This document shows, piece by piece, positions 28,801 through 36,931 of a stretch of DNA of 64,000 nucleotides. The position numbers and the translations under genes were made by a program. Source of the DNA: a virus; IMG/VR virus record IMGVR_UViG_3300040801_002731, positions 6,972 to 70,971 of that record. One strand, written 5' to 3'. Numbering within the stretch: the stretch's first letter is position 1; each line of letters starts with the position of its first letter. The notes under the pieces are model-generated. The model saw nothing but the letters and a program-made list of their open reading frames with translations. It did no database searches and was not told the DNA's origin.

Positions 28801-29230
28801 CGATAGCGACGTCATCCGCTGTCACGCTCGCAAGCGCTTTGCGCAGATCGTCGAACCCCAGCTTTGGCACCTGATAGAAGCGCTCCTCGCTGTTGGCGAG
28901 CGTGAGCAGCCGGAACAGAGCCTTCAGACCGGCTTCGGACAGCACATACCAAGTGACCCAGAACTCGGGCGGCGTCTTCTTCTTCTCGCCGCGCTCCTTG
29001 CGCCAGGTCACATCGTCCACGAGACGAAGGCGACAGCCGATGACCGGCGCGATGCCGGCCTTGTTGCAGCGATTGGTCAGGTCGATCATGGCGCTGACCG
29101 ACATGGTATCGGTCAGGCCAAGCGCCGTAGCGCCGACGCGCTGCGCCTCCTCGATCAACTTTTCGACCGTCAGCGTGGACTCGCCCAGCGAGAAGTGCGA
29201 CCGGGCGGTCAGCATCGTGTGAATGGTCAT
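25889..29230 (-). CDS. dnaE: DNA polymerase III alpha (DnaE) with C-terminal UDG-like domain
   Basis: PHP domain RSHFS, GPGRGSVGGS, PDADLDF, KMDILGL, GYGFNRSHS; last ~180 aa are family-4 UDG-like. Confidence 0.95.
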   Translation of the reverse strand: MTIHTMLTARSHFSLGESTLTVEKLIEEAQRVGATALGLTDTMSVSAMIDLTNRCNKAGIAPVIGCRLRLVDDVTWRKERGEKKKTPPEFWVTWYVLSEAGLKALFRLLTLANSEERFYQVPKLGFDDLRKALASVTADDVAIVTSDVYSVVGHASAAEILRDTSDALSAENVFLQLTPINTPYYDALNMRAITLARELSLPMIVGRPICYAKDGADVQEIHQGILRNTPISEIWHWSNVERGLHALTPAELATECKATALRLREQREFETGGIWREALENTGKLVERAIYRWAKAPVSLPKLVEDEPAAVLAACKTGWSERFGRQVFGHRPDAAALESVYKPRLAYEFRVLRDLGFCGYFLVVQDLVRWAKSQGIRVGPGRGSVGGSLIAYLMGITDCDPIRFNLLFERFINPERNDLPDADLDFMSARRGEVIEYLVEKYGSARVAGISNYGQFKGASALRDVGRICGLPEREYACSKLVPKEHGQPVGLEQAAEAVAEIARFRDANRPIWDIATSLEGVMRSLGRHAAGVVVGGCDLVERAVIERRSGEATVNWDKRIVEDQGLVKMDILGLETLDVIDLALDYIRRRHGKRVNLMAIPLDDERVLQAFAEGRTVGIFQFESGGMRKLLKSLGAEGITFEDCVAATALYRPGPMDSGMMDSYVNRKAGTEEVFYEHPKMRDSLDTTYGVMVYQEQVMQISRDLAGFSMAEADKLRKAMGKKDPKLMAEYKDKFVEGCVKAETLDAAHAEALFDKIAAFAGYGFNRSHSVEYTLISYQAMWLKVYYPIEYVAACLSLMKEEKLPGLLADAERMDIEVLPPDINHSTGQFEILNDTTLLIPFNRIKGISENTTTAILEARRDGPFTSPEDLEKRVERRRCNVRHRGLLDEVGALASIRPGALPARHPDRIMRQKELLPGLVNAVVPIKRWMVVDGATRHKLAEIVTEYQAECTGLVKPCLGKNARFMVITDAPTNGEERVGQFSQSESFSAVSEALAEAGLARADAYWTGLLKAPKAGREITAEEINAFWPYLAREIAVLKPTLILLLGNTVARHFIKDLKGAVVDHAGKVVYDRETDTNLVVGFNPGQVWFDPSKQEILNAVFSQVSEMLE

Positions 29231-29769
29231 TCGGCGATCCTCATCAGGCGACCATTGACTTCCTTGGCGACGCCCAACGCCTGAAGCACATGAAACACTT
29301 GGCTGGCGTGAGACGCGGCGGTTTGCTCGCTCCATTCCAGCTTGTGCTGGAGCGCCATGCGCAGGGTCGACCGGTCAAAACCGTTCGGCAGCCGCAGCAG
29401 CAGATGCGCGGCGACTTTCAGAAAGGCGGGTCGCTCGAAGGGGTTTTTGCCATCGCGCAGCGCTGCGCCGACGTTGATGCCTCTGGCCTCGATGCGCTCA
29501 AGAAGCGCCTGGACTTTCTTCGGCAACACCGTCGTCAGATCGCCATCCGCGGCCGAGTGAGCGTGCTGTCGAGACCGCACGGTCGTTCTGGGCTTCGACA
29601 CCAGATCGGTCAGGCCCAGTTCCGCGCGCAGCTTCTCCAATCTTCTGCACGAGACCGGCGCACAGGCCGTCTGAAACGGACAGCCTGCGCACTCGCTGGA
29701 CTCCTCTTTGAACGCCAACGCGCTGCCAAAACAGCCGGGCGCCAGATCAGGCCGCGAATGTTCAATCAT
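29227..29769 (-). CDS. Conserved-type phage protein with Cys motif, coupled to dnaE
   Basis: PGCFGSAL...C.GCPF...C; ATGA overlap with the dnaE start. Confidence 0.75.
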   Translation of the reverse strand: MIEHSRPDLAPGCFGSALAFKEESSECAGCPFQTACAPVSCRRLEKLRAELGLTDLVSKPRTTVRSRQHAHSAADGDLTTVLPKKVQALLERIEARGINVGAALRDGKNPFERPAFLKVAAHLLLRLPNGFDRSTLRMALQHKLEWSEQTAASHASQVFHVLQALGVAKEVNGRLMRIAE

Positions 29770-29779
29770 TTTTGATTTA
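29762..29779. promoter_or_regulatory. Operator copy 10
   Basis: TCAATCA-TTTT-TGATTTA spanning a stop/start junction. Confidence 0.7.
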
Positions 29780-30421
29780 CCCCTTTGCGCAAAGAGCGGC
29801 GAGTTTCTGCAACTCTCCGTAAACCTTAGCTCGCTGTGTTCGGGAGAGACCCAACAAATCGGAAATCAGCGACATCGAAACCCGGTTCGTCACCGGCCCG
29901 GCATACCGCCCCTGTTTGCGGCAGAACTCCGCCCGCGCCTTGAGAGCGTCGATCTCCTTGCAGAGTGCCGGCGGCGGGTTGTCCAGCAGTTCCAGATACC
30001 GACGCGCCAGGGGCGACAGCCGCTTCAACACGCGCTCCCGCCGCTCCTTTTCGAGCAGAACATCGTCAGCCGGGATGACGGTTTCGTCGGCGATGACCTC
30101 GTGCAGACCGGCATCATCTTCGTCTTCGGACGTGCAATCGTCCAGGCTGAGCCCCACCAGCCGAAGGTCCTTCTCTGTCTGCTTCTTGAACCACCGATTG
30201 ATGTGATTCAGGGCGCCCCGGTAGAAGTAAGGAGCGAAGGGCACCCCATGCGTCGGATCGTAGCTTTCGCGGGCGGTCGCCCAGGCGACCCACAGCTCCT
30301 GTTCGACCTCCTCCCGTTCGACCAACCGTGCGCCGGCCGCCTTCATGCGCCGACAGACCTTGAAGGTCAGAATGCCGACCAGGCGCTTACTGGCCTCAAT
30401 GGACAAGGGATCCTGGTTCAT
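29777..30421 (-). CDS. Sigma-70 region-2-like transcription factor
   Basis: EEVEQELWVAWATARESYDPTHGVPFAPY...N, SLDD, C-terminal HTH-like helices. Confidence 0.7.
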   Translation of the reverse strand: MNQDPLSIEASKRLVGILTFKVCRRMKAAGARLVEREEVEQELWVAWATARESYDPTHGVPFAPYFYRGALNHINRWFKKQTEKDLRLVGLSLDDCTSEDEDDAGLHEVIADETVIPADDVLLEKERRERVLKRLSPLARRYLELLDNPPPALCKEIDALKARAEFCRKQGRYAGPVTNRVSMSLISDLLGLSRTQRAKVYGELQKLAALCAKG

Positions 30422-31584
30422 CAGCCGAAGACCCTCTGCGCGAACTGCTCCACGGTCTCCTTATCGACGCGCGGCAGCCGGTTGGTGAAAGCGAGTTTCA
30501 GACCGGTGCGCCAGTCGGAGCCCTTCACCAAGCCGACCTTGGCGGCTGCGATCAGCTCACGAGGGCTGATCGTGGCGCTGATGCGGGATGCCTTGAACGC
30601 CTCGCGCACTTCGTTGGCGAAATCGACCACTCGTTCGGCATCGCTGATGGCGGCGCCGGACTGCTGTGCCACCACGGCGGCCTCAATCTTTGGCGCCATG
30701 TAGCCAACCTCCTCAGTCACGGCGAAACGGCTGTAGTTGGCGGCGTTGCCGAGCTGAGTGCCCTGGTAGAGCCCCGTCTCGTCGCCAGAGCCGTTGGTGT
30801 TGCCGGTCGCTACGAAGCGGAAGTTCGGGTGCGGCACAATGTGGCGCCACTCGGGCGGCGCCTCCTTGATGTAGAGGGGTTCGCCCTCAAGAACCGGCTG
30901 GTAGACCGCCAGAACCGCCGGCATGGCGAAATCATACTCATCGGCGCAGTAGACCCAGCCGTGCTTCATGGCGAGAGCAAGCGGCCCAGGCTCGAAGTAG
31001 GTCGAACCGTCGCGGGCCAACATCTGACCGACGATATGCGCCTCTTCGGTGTTGATGGTGTGCTGGACGCGCACCCACGGCCGGCGCGTCACGGCGCAGA
31101 CATTGCGCAGGCTGGAGGTCTTGCCGGTGCCGTGATAGCCCCAGAGATAGAGCGCCATGCTCAACTCCAGGGTCATCAGAATGGTCTTGGTCAGATCGAG
31201 GTGAAAAACATAGTTCCGATCGAGAGTCGGGATCATGTCGTCAAAATCGGTTGACCCTTTGACCGTAACCATGATCGGCTCGCCACGCGCGTTCATCGCC
31301 GCCTTGACGGCACCGAACCCGAACAACTCGTGCATCGGCTGTTTGATGTCGCGACCGACAGATGTCATCGAGACCACGCTGCCGCCCTCATCCGTCTCGA
31401 CACGCTTGGTCGCTGTGGCAGCGCGGGCCTTGAGAGCGGCGAGCGCCTTTTCGGACAGCACGGGAGCGTCCGGGTAGGTTTCGCGGTAGCGATCGAGGGT
31501 CCACTCCGGGTGCGACTCCTTCAGGTGAAGCTGAATGGCATGGGTGGCTTCACCGCAAATCTGGCAGGTGATTTTGTCGGCCAT
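30421..31584 (-). CDS. CobS/MoxR-like AAA+ ATPase with N-terminal zinc finger
   Basis: CQIC..HAIQLHL; GYHGTGKTS; ADEYD; ATGNTNGSGD; ISPREL. Confidence 0.88.
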   Translation of the reverse strand: MADKITCQICGEATHAIQLHLKESHPEWTLDRYRETYPDAPVLSEKALAALKARAATATKRVETDEGGSVVSMTSVGRDIKQPMHELFGFGAVKAAMNARGEPIMVTVKGSTDFDDMIPTLDRNYVFHLDLTKTILMTLELSMALYLWGYHGTGKTSSLRNVCAVTRRPWVRVQHTINTEEAHIVGQMLARDGSTYFEPGPLALAMKHGWVYCADEYDFAMPAVLAVYQPVLEGEPLYIKEAPPEWRHIVPHPNFRFVATGNTNGSGDETGLYQGTQLGNAANYSRFAVTEEVGYMAPKIEAAVVAQQSGAAISDAERVVDFANEVREAFKASRISATISPRELIAAAKVGLVKGSDWRTGLKLAFTNRLPRVDKETVEQFAQRVFG

Positions 31585-31664
31585 TTTCCTCACTTCTCCG
31601 TGTGTTTTCGCGCTTTGTGAAGCGCTTTTGACGCTCAGTTTATATGACGCGCGCGCGAGGCCGA

Positions 31665-31682
31665 CAAGTCAATTTTGATTGA
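31665..31682. promoter_or_regulatory. Operator copy 11
   Basis: CAAGTCA-ATTT-TGATTGA. Confidence 0.72.
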
Positions 31683-31713
31683 ACCTTTCAGAACCCGCGC
31701 GCGCGTCAAGACT

Positions 31714-33870
31714 CTACTTCAGGATGCGCTTAATCTCGGACATCACCTGGCCGGGCAGGGCGTCGAGCGTGTTCAGGACGACGTGGCGCGGGTAATAATG
31801 ACGCACCGAGCTGTCCTTGATGCCGATGCCGATCGTCTCGACGCCCGCGCGATCCAAAGCAGCGACGGTATTGCGCAGATGCCTGACCTGGGCGCCGTGA
31901 TCGCCGGCGGCGCAGGGCTGACCGTCTGACAGGACGATCATCACCCGCCGCGCACCCTTCTCTCGTAGCAGACGGATGCCGGCGATCTGCACAGACTCGC
32001 CATCGACATTGTTGGCAAGGCGTAGCTCGTGGGGCGCTGCGGCAAACCGGCGCTTGACCTCGGCCGTAAGACGCTCCGCGTAACCCTTGAAGATCGGCAT
32101 GTAGAGCGGCTCGACGCGGGAGAACGACACGCCGGTCTTGCGTTCCTCGTCCCGCATCAGCCGCGCGCTCGTCCCGCTCATGCTGCGGAAGCCGAAGTTG
32201 TCGGTCGTGAAACCGATGCACTCATGGCGGATGCCGACACGCTCAAGGGTCTGCGAGAGCGCGTAGGCCGCCGACATGGCAGTGTGGATCTTGATGCCGC
32301 CCATCGAGCCAGAACAGTCGACCACGAGCGACACGACGGTATCCAGAGAGCGATTGTCCTGAATGCGCCGGAAGACGCGGGTGTCGCCGGCCGCGAGACG
32401 GTGCAGACTGGCGGAATGCAGCCGACCGGACCGGAAGCCCGGCACCTTCACGACCTGGCTGCGAGCAGCCATCATGCGCTCGATGTCCTTCTGCATGACG
32501 CCGACCATCTGCCGGGTATGGTCGTCGAGCGTCTGCATCCAAGCATCATCGAACGAGCCCTTTGACACGCTGAAGGTCTCGATGCGATCCCAATCGTTCG
32601 TGTAGATCACATAATCGGATTCATGAGCAGCCTCCGTTGCCGAAACGCTGATCTCGCGGGCCGTCGCTTCATCGAAGTCGGATGCCTTCAGGGCTTCGGC
32701 GTCAATAGGCTCAAGCCAGTCGATCTCCACCTCGCCGCTGGTGGCGCCATCATTTTCGGCCTCGTCGCAAGATTCGCTTCCGCCCGAGAGCTTGCCTGAG
32801 AACTCACCTTCACCAGAGAGCCCACCTTCGTTCTCGTCGGAGGATTCGTCCTCACCTTCATCGGAAGATTCATCTTCGTCGGAGGATTCGTCCTCACCTT
32901 CACCCGAAGATCCATCTTCGTCGGAGGATTCATCCTCACCTTCATCGGAGGGTTCCTCACCCGAGGTTTCGTCTTCATCGGAGGGAGCGGCCTCAGATTC
33001 GCTCTCAGAAGGCTCCGGGGCGTCGCCCTTGCCGGCGCTCTCCTCCGGGGCACCCTCGTCATCCTCGGGCTTTCTCGGGCTTTCTGAGGGCGCTCCAGAC
33101 GCACCTTCCTTTTCGTCCTTGCCGTCACACGGCTCGCCCTCGCCCTCAGCGGGCTTCTCGGGCTTCGATGAGCCCCCTTCCGACTTCTCGGGCTTCGATG
33201 TCTCTGCGCCGGTCGGTGATTTCGGCTCGATCTTCCGCAACGCCTTGTCGATCTTGATCGCCAGATCGAGCGCGGCCTGGCTGGAGTCCACACGCGGGAA
33301 CTCCTTCGACAGATCACCGATCTTGTCCGTGAACGGCTTCATACGCGCCCACAGGTCGTTCTCGCGCATGAACGCGGCGAACACCTTCTGCCCGGCCCAG
33401 GCGCGTGCCATCGGCACCATGAGCACGGCGAACTCATTGTTCGGATCGCCTGCGACTTTCTCCAGAGCCGGCTTGGTTATGTGCTCGATGAAGAAGTGAT
33501 GGAGCTTTTCGAGGTTGTAGGCAGAACCGGGGAACTTACCCAGCACGGCCCGTTCGATGAACGTGTCCTCGACGACGTTGTGAAGCATATCGACGGCCTT
33601 GCCGAGCTTCGAGGCAGCCTTCACCACCTTCCAATCCGTGAAAAGGATGTGCGCGATCTCGTGGTCGATGAACCCCTGGATGCCGAGAATCAACTCCGGC
33701 GTAGCGTTGTCCGGCAGGTGGGGAATGTTGACCCTTTTCGGCTTGAGGGTGCGCGAGTCCGTCTCGACGTAGGCCGACACGCCGCGTTGTGTGACAGTGA
33801 TGCCCATGCCGGCGAGCATCTGCGTGACTTTGGTGCAGACCTCTCTTAGCACAATGATGTCTTGGTTCAT
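31714..33870 (-). CDS. CobT-like VWA-domain protein (partner of the AAA+ ATPase)
   Basis: HEIAH metalloprotease-like motif, acidic linker, DCSGSM MIDAS, LSDGQP, GIGI. Confidence 0.88.
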   Translation of the reverse strand: MNQDIIVLREVCTKVTQMLAGMGITVTQRGVSAYVETDSRTLKPKRVNIPHLPDNATPELILGIQGFIDHEIAHILFTDWKVVKAASKLGKAVDMLHNVVEDTFIERAVLGKFPGSAYNLEKLHHFFIEHITKPALEKVAGDPNNEFAVLMVPMARAWAGQKVFAAFMRENDLWARMKPFTDKIGDLSKEFPRVDSSQAALDLAIKIDKALRKIEPKSPTGAETSKPEKSEGGSSKPEKPAEGEGEPCDGKDEKEGASGAPSESPRKPEDDEGAPEESAGKGDAPEPSESESEAAPSDEDETSGEEPSDEGEDESSDEDGSSGEGEDESSDEDESSDEGEDESSDENEGGLSGEGEFSGKLSGGSESCDEAENDGATSGEVEIDWLEPIDAEALKASDFDEATAREISVSATEAAHESDYVIYTNDWDRIETFSVSKGSFDDAWMQTLDDHTRQMVGVMQKDIERMMAARSQVVKVPGFRSGRLHSASLHRLAAGDTRVFRRIQDNRSLDTVVSLVVDCSGSMGGIKIHTAMSAAYALSQTLERVGIRHECIGFTTDNFGFRSMSGTSARLMRDEERKTGVSFSRVEPLYMPIFKGYAERLTAEVKRRFAAAPHELRLANNVDGESVQIAGIRLLREKGARRVMIVLSDGQPCAAGDHGAQVRHLRNTVAALDRAGVETIGIGIKDSSVRHYYPRHVVLNTLDALPGQVMSEIKRILK
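32837..32950. repeat. 42-nt tandem repeat (~2.7 units) encoding EGEDESSDEDESSD-type acidic linker
   Basis: Units begin at 32837, 32879 and 32921 (TCGGAGGATTCGTCCTCACCTTCA...). Confidence 0.85.
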
Positions 33871-33881
33871 TGATCACCCCT

Positions 33882-33899
33882 TCAGTCATTTTTGACTGA
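33882..33899. promoter_or_regulatory. Operator copy 12 (perfect palindrome)
   Basis: TCAGTCA-TTTT-TGACTGA between TATAAT-like 33902-33907 and the cobT-like start. Confidence 0.82.
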
Positions 33900-33914
33900 A
33901 CATTATATAACACG

Positions 33915-33947
33915 AAAAAGCTGGGCGCGCGATTGGCCCAGCTTTTT
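33915..33947. terminator. Bidirectional-type intrinsic terminator
   Basis: AAAAAGCTGGGC-N9-GCCCAGCTTTTT. Confidence 0.75.
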
Positions 33948-33970
33948 CAAGTGACGGGTAATATAGCTAT

Positions 33971-34177
33971 TTACATTGGCAACAGAACTGCCGGCCCAAT
34001 AGGCGCGTAAATCAGAGACACCTTACCGCGCTGTGGGAGAAAGCCTTGAACGATACGCAGGGCGTTGTTGTCGAAAGCCACCGAGACGTCTTCCAAGCTC
34101 CCCTGAATTTCAAGGGCTTCATCCAGAGGAAACTCAACCACCCTACCGCCTTCAACCTTCTGGACACAGACGGACAT
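33971..34177 (-). CDS. Small protein downstream of the XRE regulator
   Basis: GGAG RBS before ATG 34177 (MSVCVQK...LIYAP). Confidence 0.6.
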   Translation of the reverse strand: MSVCVQKVEGGRVVEFPLDEALEIQGSLEDVSVAFDNNALRIVQGFLPQRGKVSLIYAPIGPAVLLPM

Positions 34178-34268
34178 TTTTTTGTCTTCTCCTTTTTTGT
34201 ATCGACGGTGCCTTTTGTCTCCCAACTCTCGAAAGGCACCTCGATTACATGAAATGAACTGGAAACGC

Positions 34269-34709
34269 CTAAGCGTCTTCGGCTATGCCGAAAGACCGCT
34301 TCAAGTCGACCTTTCGGTCTTCATCAAGGTGCGGATCCGTATTGTCCGACACTTCGCGGATATAGACAATGATTTCCATTTCATTGTCTGTAACGAGACG
34401 CTCCATCAGCTTGTGGATATCGCGCCATGCCTCGGTATCTTCTGGCATATACTGCTCGATTCCAAGGCGAAGCAGCAGACCCAGATCCACTCCCAGGGCT
34501 CGTGCAAGCGGCGGCAGCTTTTCCAGCGGCACCTTTGCCTCGCCCGTCTTGAACATCGAGATGATATTGGCCTTCGGATACCCGATTTCACTGGCGATTT
34601 CACGCTGCGACTTGATGCCGCGAAGGGCTTCCACCTGCCGAGAAATGTAATTCGACAACCGAGTGGGTGTAACGGATGCGCGCGTGTTCTTTGCCTGAAC
34701 GGCCATCAT
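34269..34709 (-). CDS. XRE-family HTH regulator (candidate repressor)
   Basis: SQREIASEIGYPKANIISMFKTGEAKVPLEKLPPLARALG; AGGAG RBS. Confidence 0.88.
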   Translation of the reverse strand: MMAVQAKNTRASVTPTRLSNYISRQVEALRGIKSQREIASEIGYPKANIISMFKTGEAKVPLEKLPPLARALGVDLGLLLRLGIEQYMPEDTEAWRDIHKLMERLVTDNEMEIIVYIREVSDNTDPHLDEDRKVDLKRSFGIAEDA

Positions 34710-34786
34710 GGTTGCTCCTTGTAGGCCCCTTTTGTTTTCGATTGGCTTGTTGGCAAACCTTTTTCTTTTTTTGCCCGACAGACAGA

Positions 34787-34804
34787 TCAGTCAGGTTTGA
34801 TCGA
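34787..34804. promoter_or_regulatory. Operator copy 13 (upstream of the XRE gene)
   Basis: TCAGTCA-GGTT-TGATCGA. Confidence 0.65.
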
Positions 34805-34924
34805 CAACGCGACGATAGCAGATTCAGAGACCAGCGCAAGACGGTAAATCAACGCTGATCTATTTTTTATATAGCGCACAATCGCTGCCCTGCTCACGGG
34901 AAAAGCAAAAAAATTTGTTGTCCG

Positions 34925-35851
34925 TCAGTGGGATAGGTAAATTTTCGAGTCCGTCGGGGCCAAGCTGGGTTGCAGCACAACGCCTCGTTCGTGGACCCTT
35001 ACATTGGCCGCCGGGTAAACCGCCAGGGCATGTCCGAGATTGCGTGCAAACTCAGGCTTGAAGTGCTTCAGTTGGCGCAGACCGCCACCGAATTGCCCGA
35101 ACAAAGCAGGCCAGCCGAGATCAAGCGGCTTGTCGAGGATATGAAGGCGCCAGGCGAGCCAACAGTAGATATCCAGGGCCATCGGCTTGCTCGCCAGCTC
35201 GCGCACGCCGGCCTCCAGCAGCGGCACCGGATGCTGGACAAGGCTGGCATAGAACATTTCGTTCAGAACCACTTCCTCGTTCCAGAGCGCGAGCTGGCGC
35301 GCGTCGGTCGAGGTCATCAGGATCTCGTCATCGACGAAGCTGCCGTTGTGCCGATGCTGAGTCTTCACGCCGTCCTTCTCGTGCGCAAGGAAGAAGGTCA
35401 GCTTGCAGGCCGAGATACGCCGGGCCTGCCGTCGGACTTCGCCATAAGCCGACCCGCCGGTGGGCACGCCCATGTTTTGAAGCCACTGCGCCATTGAGCC
35501 GCCCAGCTCCACGCGCCGGCTGCCCGTCTGTTTCGCTCTCGTCTGGAGATAGATCAGGATCATACGGGCCTTCGAGCCCGCCGGCAGACCGACCGGGGTC
35601 TCACCGTCTTCCTCCATGCCGCTTTCGATCAGCAGGGTGACGTTGGCACCGGTGCGGCGCCAGATGGTTTCCTTGGGCGTGCGGAGAGGAAGGGAGGTCT
35701 GAGAGAAGCCGGAATAGATCAGGTTCAGTCTGCGGTGATCGTCCTCAAGAACGCGCGCGGCCGAATCGACCAAGTGCCGCTGGTCGATGTCTACAAGCTC
35801 CTTCGCCTTCTCTCGGCCATGAGCGAGGATGAGGCTGTGTAGATCACCCAC
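34925..35851 (-). CDS. repA: Plasmid replication initiator RepA (RepA_C / IncW-like family)
   Basis: YSGFSQTSLP, GLPAGSKARMILIYLQT, QARRISAC, LWNEEVVL..FY.SL..HPVP, LDIYCWLAWRL; GGAG RBS and GTG 35851. Confidence 0.88.
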   Translation of the reverse strand: MGDLHSLILAHGREKAKELVDIDQRHLVDSAARVLEDDHRRLNLIYSGFSQTSLPLRTPKETIWRRTGANVTLLIESGMEEDGETPVGLPAGSKARMILIYLQTRAKQTGSRRVELGGSMAQWLQNMGVPTGGSAYGEVRRQARRISACKLTFFLAHEKDGVKTQHRHNGSFVDDEILMTSTDARQLALWNEEVVLNEMFYASLVQHPVPLLEAGVRELASKPMALDIYCWLAWRLHILDKPLDLGWPALFGQFGGGLRQLKHFKPEFARNLGHALAVYPAANVRVHERGVVLQPSLAPTDSKIYLSH

Positions 35852-35887
35852 CAGGAAACTCCGATCTCGCAAACCCTCAAGAGCAAA

Positions 35888-36318
35888 TCATCCACATGCT
35901 CGGAAGTCCAGTCGCCAGTTTCCGACCGAACTATTAGGGTTAGGTTTTTAGTTTATATGGAACAGGGTCGGGAACTGGCGAGGGATAACTCGATTCGCCT
36001 GTGGATAACCCCCGAGTCGGTCGGAAACTGGCGAACATCCGGTCGGGAACTGGCGAACTCAGCCTGTGGATAACCTGCTCGGTCGGAAACTGGCGAACAT
36101 CGCTTGTGGAAAACTTTTGTGGCCCGAGTCGCAACGGCTGGATATGGGTTTGATGGCACGCGAACGACGGATGTCAGAAATCGGTTCGCCAGTTCCCGAC
36201 CGCTTCGCACAAACGCTAATGCACGAATGCGCAGTAGGGCGATTTCGCTAGGGCGATTTTGGGACGTTTGTCGGCGCAATATACGACCGGCACCATTCAA
36301 AGCTCGCCAATTTCCGAC
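35888..36318. repeat. Plasmid origin: iterons plus DnaA boxes
   Basis: GGTCGG(A/G)AACTGGCGA direct copies at 35966, 36019, 36041 and 36081; inverted copies near 35912, 36185 and 36304 (degenerate); TGTGGATAA at 36000 and 36065, TGTGGAAAA at 36105, TCATCCACA at 35888. Confidence 0.9.
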
Positions 36319-36362
36319 TGAGCGCATAATCTACCTTTTGCGCTCAGTTTTGAGGGGTGAAT

Positions 36363-36731
36363 ATGCGAATCGTCCTGTCGAAAGCCATCATTAAAGATGC
36401 GGGTCGCGCGCAAGGAGTCGTTTTGATGGTGCCCTTTCCGCCGGACCTGCCCAGCCCAGGCCAAATGGAAGAGGGCGAATTAACGAATGCGCAACCTCAC
36501 GAAATCGCTGCCGCAACGGAGATTGTGCGTGACCATCTGCCCGACGAGCTGATCATGCGCCACGTTGAGGTCGCGTTTTTGAAACGCCAGAACGCAGAGG
36601 GAATGCAATGGCGCGGCGCCATCATGTTTCATCTGGCGTGCTATGTGATGGGCGGCCGCTTCTACAAGCCCGGCACGCGCTGCCCCGACTTCCTGCATCT
36701 GACCTGGCGCTTTCCGCGCGTGGAGTTCTAA
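36363..36731 (+). CDS. Orphan protein between the origin and the mini-array
   Basis: GAGG RBS, ATG 36363; stop abuts a terminator; no recognised motif. Confidence 0.55.
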   Translation: MRIVLSKAIIKDAGRAQGVVLMVPFPPDLPSPGQMEEGELTNAQPHEIAAATEIVRDHLPDELIMRHVEVAFLKRQNAEGMQWRGAIMFHLACYVMGGRFYKPGTRCPDFLHLTWRFPRVEF

Positions 36732-36761
36732 AACAAAAGGCGGCCCGAAGGCCGCCTTGTT
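36732..36761. terminator. Intrinsic terminator closing the mini-array (minus strand), convergent with the plus-strand ORF
   Basis: AAGGCGGCC-CGAA-GGCCGCCTT; on the minus strand a TTCG loop followed by TTTTGTTTT. Confidence 0.85.
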
Positions 36762-36872
36762 CAATGAGGCCGGGGAGGTCGGAGTCTCCCCGGAAGAGCC
36801 GAAGTCAGTTGTTTCGCCGACCTAGCTTGCGCTTGCTTCAATGAGGCCGAGGCGCCGAAGCACCTCGGAAAT
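36758..36872 (-). CRISPR. Cas-less mini-CRISPR array (2 repeats, 1 spacer) with type I-G-like repeats
   Basis: Repeats ATTTCCGAGGTGCTTCGGCGCCTCGGCCTCATTGAAGC (36872-36835) and TCTTCCGGGGAGACTCCGACCTCCCCGGCCTCATTGAACA (36797-36758); 37-nt spacer; covarying stems. Confidence 0.8.
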
Positions 36873-36931
36873 GGCCGAAGCCATGAACGACAAGCGCGCT
36901 TGCAGGGTTACACTGGCATACCAGGAGAGAC

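Noticed and set aside
30421-33870. CobS/CobT-like genes as cobalamin biosynthesis supporting the B12-dependent RNR
   Set aside because: No CobN or other cob genes are present. The zinc-finger AAA plus VWA pair is the generic phage MoxR-type module, so the name similarity is not evidence of B12 synthesis.
36798-36834. Self-targeting of the mini-array spacer, including its loose resemblance to the iterons (GTCGG..GAAAC..CTG)
   Set aside because: Only short, gapped similarity; no extended match was found by eye on either strand. A computational search of the full genome is still needed.
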